A DNA stretch of 64,000 nt from Candidatus Yanofskybacteria bacterium RIFCSPLOWO2_02_FULL_41_13 (lineage in GTDB: Bacteria > Patescibacteriota > Minisyncoccia > 2-02-FULL-40-12 > GWA2-44-9). The notes below the pieces were generated by a model that worked only from the letters and a program-made list of their open reading frames with translations, was not told the origin of the DNA and searched no databases. This document shows positions 58,227 through 64,000 of the stretch, in pieces; position 1 is the stretch's first letter; every line of letters begins with the position of its first letter. Position numbers and translations under genes: made by a program. Where the stretch lies: contig MGKQ01000001.1 in the NCBI GenBank assembly GCA_001795735.1, forward strand, positions 14,808 through 78,807, written 5' to 3'.

Positions 58227-59371
58227 ACAAAAGACAATATATTCTTGACTCTGCGCTCCCAGGTATAATTCTTAACATCCTCCATGGCTTTTTTGGAAAG
58301 TTGAAAGCCCAAGTCGGGTTCACTTAATATTCTGCCTATCCCCCGGTCTAAATCGCCAGGTTTATTCGGGTTAACTAAAATTGAGTTTTGATCATTAAGG
58401 ACTTCTGCGATCGATGGTAAATTGCTCGCGACAATCGGACAGCCTGACGCCATGTATTCAAAAAGCTTAACCGGCGAAGTATTTAGATAAACCTTATCTT
58501 TAGCCGAATTAGGCAATGTCAGAACATCGGCCGCTTTTAGATAAACCGGAATTTCTTTATGCGATTTGTGACCTAAGATCAAAACGTTTTTCAACCCCCT
58601 CGCTTTTTCCCTAAATTTCTTGATATCATAGTCCATCCCCCCGACAAAAATAAATAACACAGCATCTCTTTCTTGGAAATTGGAAACTAGAAATTGGAAA
58701 TTCCTTGCTGTTTCCAACAAGGAATAAACTCCCTTCCACTCGAATAAGTGACCTGTGTACATGACTATCTTTGAATCTTGGGACAGACTTAACTTCTTTC
58801 GTGCTTCCTCCTTTGATATCTGTATATCAAATTCGTTCATATCAACACCGTCATGAGCAACTAAAACGTTATCAGCCGAAAAGCCGATATTTAAAAACTT
58901 GCCCCTGAGGCTTTCCGAAATAGTAACTACTTTTAAATTCCTGGCCAGAAATCTTCTGTAAAAAAATATTCTGGCATCAGAAAAATTATGAGCCTCAAAA
59001 ACAATTTTTTTATTGAAGAAGCTTAGAAAATATAACGGCCACTCGTCGCGGGAATAAATAATATCGGCTTTTTGGACAACGGCGTAAAAAGAAAGAAGCA
59101 GGGCAGATATAACTCCCTTAATGTTGACTGCAATTTTATCAAGCCGACCGGAAAAATAAAAATCCGGTGCCCATATTCTTTTTATCTTAAAATTTGTTCT
59201 GACGGAATAGTATGAGCAGAGCTCATCTCTGATGTGATTGTCTCTGAAAGGATACAGTAGAGTCACCTCAAGACCCTGCAATGCAAAAGTTTCGCACATC
59301 TTAGCAATTTGGACACCATATGCTTTTTCTGTCGGCAACCTTAAATTAGCAATAAATAAAAGTTCTCTCAC
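58223..59371 (-). CDS. GT4 glycosyltransferase
   Basis: HDGVD, WKGV, SPVKLFEYMASG. Confidence 0.9.
   Translation of the reverse strand: MRELLFIANLRLPTEKAYGVQIAKMCETFALQGLEVTLLYPFRDNHIRDELCSYYSVRTNFKIKRIWAPDFYFSGRLDKIAVNIKGVISALLLSFYAVVQKADIIYSRDEWPLYFLSFFNKKIVFEAHNFSDARIFFYRRFLARNLKVVTISESLRGKFLNIGFSADNVLVAHDGVDMNEFDIQISKEEARKKLSLSQDSKIVMYTGHLFEWKGVYSLLETARNFQFLVSNFQERDAVLFIFVGGMDYDIKKFREKARGLKNVLILGHKSHKEIPVYLKAADVLTLPNSAKDKVYLNTSPVKLFEYMASGCPIVASNLPSIAEVLNDQNSILVNPNKPGDLDRGIGRILSEPDLGFQLSKKAMEDVKNYTWERRVKNILSFV
58673..58702. repeat. Intragenic heptamer tract, about (TTGGAAA)4
   Basis: TTGGAAA TTGGAAA CTAGAAA TTGGAAA; encodes NFQFLVSNFQ. Confidence 0.8.
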
Positions 59372-60067
59372 TTATTTGTAGTTAGACCTGGAAAACTTCC
59401 TAACTAACGGCTTGACTAGCTCTTTAATAAACCGAGGCGGTTTTATGTATATTGAAGATGTGACCATATTTTTAAGAGACAAAGTATACAAACTTTCAAC
59501 TGCATCTTTCAAGGAGCTTCTCCTGCATTTTGTGGCAAAGAGTATGTTATCTATAAAGCCTGCGTTTCTAAATTTCCTGGATCTAAGTATGTATCTTGAG
59601 ACGACTTTCCTTACATCGGGATAATTAAACGTTGCATCATGATATGCAATAATTCCGCCTTCTCTCAAATAAGGCTCCCAAAGCAGAAAATCAGTTTCGG
59701 CCATTTTATAAGTATGATCGCCGTCAATCCAGAGAAAATCAACCGGTTTATTCCAGTTCTTGCTGGCCTCCTCTGATGTTGCAACCACAACCTCAACAAA
59801 CCCATCAACATTATGTTTATTCAGGTTGCTCTTAAGCTGACCTAGGGCCAAATCGTCAAAATATTGAGGATCTATAGCGTAAACCCTTCCTTTTTTATCT
59901 GAATTCTTCAGAGCATCGGCCAATACCACGGTTGAGCGGCCATAAAGACTGCCTATTTCTACTATCGTGCCGCCGTTTTTACGAACAACATCATACAAAA
60001 AATCAGCCTCTCTCTTAGAAAGAAAGCCTGGGATATCATTTAAAATACGGTCCAGATCTTTTGCCAT
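59372..60067 (-). CDS. Methyltransferase (Methyltransf_24-like)
   Basis: VEIGSLYGRST, WIDGDHTY, AYHD. Confidence 0.88.
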   Translation of the reverse strand: MAKDLDRILNDIPGFLSKREADFLYDVVRKNGGTIVEIGSLYGRSTVVLADALKNSDKKGRVYAIDPQYFDDLALGQLKSNLNKHNVDGFVEVVVATSEEASKNWNKPVDFLWIDGDHTYKMAETDFLLWEPYLREGGIIAYHDATFNYPDVRKVVSRYILRSRKFRNAGFIDNILFATKCRRSSLKDAVESLYTLSLKNMVTSSIYIKPPRFIKELVKPLVRKFSRSNYK

Positions 60068-60122
60068 ACTTTTTAGGTTATACCATTTCCGCTAAAAAAC
60101 AAACCGGCAGTATATAACAAAT

Positions 60123-60887
60123 TTATATTTTTTGAGCCACGACTAATATCTCAAAGCCAAAATGCTTTGAGATATATCTGTTTGATATAGAATCTAATAA
60201 TCTAACACTCACGTCTAGTATCTTTGCCGCAAACTTCATAAATTTAGGGTGATACCGAGAAAGACAATATGCAACGAAAAATCCGTCAGTAGCCAAAACT
60301 TTACAATTAGATGCCTTCGCAAGATCTTTTAATTCTTTGATCTTGAAAGATTTTTCAAAACCATATTCATAGTTTTTGCCCTTGATCATCTTAAATAATT
60401 TATGCGGGTTCCAGTAATTATTTACTGATACAATTAAAATTCCGTTTTTCCTCAACATTTGTGCCATAACTGCAAAAGCCCTTCTATAATCTTTTAGGTG
60501 CTGTATCGTTGCATCGGAAAAAACTATATCAAATTGTCCATCCTGAAATGGTAGATTAAAAACATCCGCTTGTTTAAATTCAACATTAGCTATATTTAAA
60601 TGAGCGGCAAGCCCTTTTGCCACTGCAAGTGACTCCTCCAGAATATCCGTTAGCACAAACTTGGATTCCGGAAAATCTCGAGCCAGTGCGATGCCATATC
60701 TCCCCGTACCTGTTCCGATATCAAGGAAACTAAACTTTTTAGAAGGTACATATTTCTTTATTATCGGATATCCTCTGACGAATAGCTGATTTTTAAGAAT
60801 TTTATCAACCTTGCTAAGACGAGCCTGTTTATCCCAGACATTGCTCCAGATAGTATTAATTGATTTTTGAGGTTTTGTATTTTCCAT
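60123..60887 (-). CDS. Class I SAM methyltransferase
   Basis: LDIGTGTG, LPFQDGQFD; start MENTK. Confidence 0.88.
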   Translation of the reverse strand: MENTKPQKSINTIWSNVWDKQARLSKVDKILKNQLFVRGYPIIKKYVPSKKFSFLDIGTGTGRYGIALARDFPESKFVLTDILEESLAVAKGLAAHLNIANVEFKQADVFNLPFQDGQFDIVFSDATIQHLKDYRRAFAVMAQMLRKNGILIVSVNNYWNPHKLFKMIKGKNYEYGFEKSFKIKELKDLAKASNCKVLATDGFFVAYCLSRYHPKFMKFAAKILDVSVRLLDSISNRYISKHFGFEILVVAQKI

Positions 60888-60888
60888 C

Positions 60889-61167
60889 TCAGTCATTAAT
60901 AAGAGAAGCATAGATCTCAATCTGCTTATCAATTAAAACTTTAGAATTATACTTTTCTTCCACCAATTTCCTGCCGTTTGCCCCTAATTCAGTTAAAAGC
61001 TCTGGATGGTCTATTAAGTATAATATCTTTTCGGCCAGCGCTCTAAAATCGCCCTCGTTTACAAGGAATCCGTTATAGCCATCCCCCACCTGATCAGGAA
61101 GACCGCTGTGTCTTGTAGTAATGACAGGCAACCCGGTAGCTAAAGCTTGTGAAATAATTACATTCAT
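60889..61167 (-). CDS. C-terminal part of split GT4 glycosyltransferase
   Basis: MNVIISQALATGLPVITTRHSGLPD...NGFLV. Confidence 0.75.
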   Translation of the reverse strand: MNVIISQALATGLPVITTRHSGLPDQVGDGYNGFLVNEGDFRALAEKILYLIDHPELLTELGANGRKLVEEKYNSKVLIDKQIEIYASLIND

Positions 61168-61280
61168 CCCGTTAGAAGTAGTGCAAGGCACCCACTACCA
61201 CCGTACGGTGCCATACATTACTAATTATTGTTTGATTGACATTCATGTTATTTAACCCGCTTAGAGTACTTCTAACGGGA
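61168..61280. mobile_element. 113-bp MITE-like element with perfect TTCAT (ATGAA) target duplication
   Basis: TTCAT(61163-67)-CCCGTTAGAAGTA...TACTTCTAACGGGA-TTCAT(61281-85). Confidence 0.87.
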
Positions 61281-61286
61281 TTCATA

Positions 61287-62252
61287 TTATTCAGTATCTC
61301 CATCCTTGGCCGTTTTTGACGGCTGAACAAAGAAGCTCATATTCTGGAAAAAATCTAATATCCGTTCTATTGCCATAAATCCTTTAAACTCCACAACGTC
61401 ATTCAAGCCCAATGTTCCCGCTAAAGAATGGATTTTTTCTCTCAACGGCCCGTCTCCAATCATATAGCACCTGAATTTTTTTGAGGTCTTTTCTTTGACA
61501 ATGGCCAGAGCGCGCAAGAGGTCGTCAAAACCTTTTTTCTCCACAAATCTGCCGACCGAAACAATATTTATTTCTTTATTCTCGGATATCGCCCTCTCCT
61601 TAAAATTATAGTTATCCAAGTTTATGCCAATGGGATGAACCAGTACTTTTTCTGAAGAAAATCCGTGTCCTACTACCCTTCGCTTCATGTCCTCAGACAT
61701 AACGAAGAACAAAGCTGATTCTTCTATTAATCCCCGATAGATAGCAATCCCTTTTTCTTTTATTCTTTTACTGACATCCTGGCCGTAAAGTGAAGTGATA
61801 AATTTTTCCTTAATACCCAAAACTTTTTTTATCATGACAAAGTTAGACCCGACATTGCCAAAGTGACAATGATACAAATCGTATTTTTTACCGAAAAAAG
61901 GCTTTAAATCCCAGAACAAAACTTTAAAATTAGATGCAATTTTAAAAATAGATGCCGGCCTATAGAGTAACAGTCTGACTAACCGAGGTCCAGCCATAAT
62001 AATTCTCAGTATTTTGTTAGCCGGAACGCTAAGATACATTGTCTTTTTGTCTAACCCGTATTGAAAATACCTCTTGGATATATGGTCCTTGTTCGCCCCG
62101 CCTCGATTAAAGGCGTAAATCTCAACCCCGACCCCCCGGTCGATCAGATCACAAGCCTGATCAATAATAAAAGTTTCGGATATTTCCGGAAAACTGCCTA
62201 CAATAAAGGCGACTCTTAAGTTTTGCTTTTTATTTATATTAACTGAACTCAT
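61287..62252 (-). CDS. N-terminal part of split WcaL-like GT4 glycosyltransferase
   Basis: FPEISETF, HCHFG, VGRFVEKKG; ends at QPSKTAKDGDTE-stop. Confidence 0.8.
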   Translation of the reverse strand: MSSVNINKKQNLRVAFIVGSFPEISETFIIDQACDLIDRGVGVEIYAFNRGGANKDHISKRYFQYGLDKKTMYLSVPANKILRIIMAGPRLVRLLLYRPASIFKIASNFKVLFWDLKPFFGKKYDLYHCHFGNVGSNFVMIKKVLGIKEKFITSLYGQDVSKRIKEKGIAIYRGLIEESALFFVMSEDMKRRVVGHGFSSEKVLVHPIGINLDNYNFKERAISENKEINIVSVGRFVEKKGFDDLLRALAIVKEKTSKKFRCYMIGDGPLREKIHSLAGTLGLNDVVEFKGFMAIERILDFFQNMSFFVQPSKTAKDGDTE

Positions 62253-63424
62253 AGACTGTGAAAAAAATTATAAAACTTGGTGGACACGACCTGATAGCCA
62301 TAAGCATTGTGAACAAACTCCCGGCCTGCCCTGCCCATAGATATTCTTTTTTGTTCATCGTTAGCTAATAACGCCATGGCCTCTTTCAATTCCTTGTGGT
62401 CATCATAGGATTTAATAAGAATGCCAGTTTTGCCGTCTAATACAATTTCAGTTATCGAACCAGAAGTAGTGCTGATAACCGGCAATTCCATAGACGACGC
62501 TTCCTGAATGGAATACGGCAATTGGTCTTCCCATCCGCCATAGGGAATACTCGGATACAAAAAAATATCAGAACTATTGTAGAGCTCCCAGACTCCGTCC
62601 CGCTCAAGCCACGGTACTCTAATAATAAAATCTTTTAGTTTCAGCTCTTCAATCATCGACTCTATCATCAGGCCATATTCCCCCTCACCAAGACCGGCGA
62701 GAATTAAACGGACGTTTGGTATGGTTTCTGAAATTTCCTTAAAAGCCCTGATAATCAGATGGACCCCCTTGCGGTGAGCAACCATTCCGGCAAATCCAAA
62801 AACTACGTAATCTTTCAGGTCTATACCCTTAAAAGATTTTTTTGAATAATCTCGCTTAAAGAAATCTGTATCAAGACCCATCGCCGGTATAACAACCATC
62901 GGTTTATCCGTAATAGATTTCATCACTTTCTCTGCCCGGATACTTCCGCACACAACTCCGTCACATAATGCCATATTCAAGTTAATAACAAACTTTTGGA
63001 TAGCGCCCCTCAATCCTTTAAATTTACTCTCATAAGAAACATTCTCCCAAGTAAAAACGATGAACTTAGCTCCAAACAGTTTGGCAAAAATACACTCATA
63101 TAAAGTAGTCAGAAGATTCGGCTCACTGATACTAAGAATTATATCCGGCTTCTGCTCACGAAGAATAAATGGAAACATCGGCATCCAGCCCTTTAAGATT
63201 CCGCCGATAAGAGGATAATTTGAGTGGTGAAAAAAAGCCTTGGTAGTATGGACATTTTTGCCGGGAGTAGGTTTGAATACATACCTTCCGCCCTTTATCG
63301 GCCACCTCTCAGGTACAAGAAAATGAATATCATCTGTACGGGGATAACCGCTGAATGTTTTCATATAACTCTCATTCGCAAATGTATAGCCGGATATTAA
63401 AATTTTTAGATTACCGGGTGTCAT
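62249..63424 (-). CDS. GT4 glycosyltransferase
   Basis: FTWEN, RKGV, PSIP..WEDQ...QEA. Confidence 0.88.
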   Translation of the reverse strand: MTPGNLKILISGYTFANESYMKTFSGYPRTDDIHFLVPERWPIKGGRYVFKPTPGKNVHTTKAFFHHSNYPLIGGILKGWMPMFPFILREQKPDIILSISEPNLLTTLYECIFAKLFGAKFIVFTWENVSYESKFKGLRGAIQKFVINLNMALCDGVVCGSIRAEKVMKSITDKPMVVIPAMGLDTDFFKRDYSKKSFKGIDLKDYVVFGFAGMVAHRKGVHLIIRAFKEISETIPNVRLILAGLGEGEYGLMIESMIEELKLKDFIIRVPWLERDGVWELYNSSDIFLYPSIPYGGWEDQLPYSIQEASSMELPVISTTSGSITEIVLDGKTGILIKSYDDHKELKEAMALLANDEQKRISMGRAGREFVHNAYGYQVVSTKFYNFFHSL

Positions 63425-64000
63425 TGTCTGATTATATTGCTTATTTTATTTATCAAATTATCAAGATTATGGTTATGGATGACATAATCCCTTAAATCTG
63501 CCGTATTCTGTTTTTTGCCGGAAATCTCAATTTTTTCGGCTAACTGAGTTGGGTCATTCTCGTTAAATATTAGCTCTTTCGGTAAAAAAGAGCGAGATGA
63601 ATCGTTTGAACTTAGGACTTTTATCCCGCAAGCCATCGCCTCAAGAAGCACCTTGTCCACGCTTCCGGTTTTTGAAAGGTGAATAAAAATGTCGTGTGAT
63701 TGGTAGTATACCGGCAAATCTTTGTGATTCACTTTTCCAACAAAATTAAATTGATCTTGTAACTTGTAACTTGTAACTTGTAACTTTATTTTTTTTTCAT
63801 ATTCTTTGTCGCTCTCCAGCGCCGCTTCTCCTGCTATAGTTACGGAAAAATCAACCCCCTTACTCTTTAGTAACCTTGCCGCATCGATCAATACTTCATA
63901 ATTCTTCACCAGTGCAATTCTCCCCACGCTCAATATCTTAAATTGGAAATTGGAAATTGGAAATTGGAAATTGGGCTTGAAAAGCCCGGTGTCTATTCCA
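63421..64000 (-). CDS. GT4 glycosyltransferase, 5' end outside window
   Basis: Frame open to window edge (GIDTGLFKP...SVGRI...KVLLEAMACG). Confidence 0.88.
   Translation of the reverse strand, partial: GIDTGLFKPNFQFPISNFQFKILSVGRIALVKNYEVLIDAARLLKSKGVDFSVTIAGEAALESDKEYEKKIKLQVTSYKLQDQFNFVGKVNHKDLPVYYQSHDIFIHLSKTGSVDKVLLEAMACGIKVLSSNDSSRSFLPKELIFNENDPTQLAEKIEISGKKQNTADLRDYVIHNHNLDNLINKISNIIRQ
63756..63786. repeat. Intragenic (CTTGTAA)4
   Basis: Perfect heptamer x4; encodes KLQVTSYKLQ. Confidence 0.9.
63940..63974. repeat. Intragenic (AAATTGG)5
   Basis: Perfect heptamer x5; encodes PNFQFPISNFQF. Confidence 0.9.

Noticed and set aside
17773..61280. GTTAGA/TCTAAC ends resemble integron attC core sites
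   Set aside because: The order is reversed relative to attC, two family members read G(T/A)ACGA/TCGTAC, 5-bp duplications are present, and no integrase is in the window.

Overview
The whole window is one very large cell-surface glycan biosynthesis and modification locus in an AT-rich bacterium using the standard code. Gene style and repeat types suggest Patescibacteria/CPR, which is inference only. It holds about 55 genes. These include a pseudaminic/nonulosonic-acid block (pseB, pseC, pseI, a NeuB-cytidylyltransferase fusion, an amidotransferase with HisH/HisF-like partners) and three ThDP-dependent systems. There are also two His-type PLP 3-dehydratases, four B12-binding radical SAM enzymes, many methyl- and glycosyltransferases, and a CotH-VTC-DUF4956 module. 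The most unusual signals sit between and inside the genes. (1) A family of five elements with TCCCG...CGGG inverted ends and 5-bp AT(G/T)NA target duplications sits in start codons, a -35 box and a reading frame. One member carries a small GIY-YIG nuclease that takes its start and stop codons from the duplicated target. The other two GIY-YIG genes are also bracketed by CCC...GGG inverted repeats. (2) A boxA-like 12-mer lies in the leaders of about 12 self-contained promoter-RBS-gene-terminator units. (3) A 10-bp-period triple repeat overlaps three promoters, one of them driving an excisionase-like HTH gene. (4) Heptamer repeat tracts lie inside glycosyltransferase genes. No rRNA, tRNA or CRISPR array was seen. 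All family assignments are from motif recognition, not database searches.
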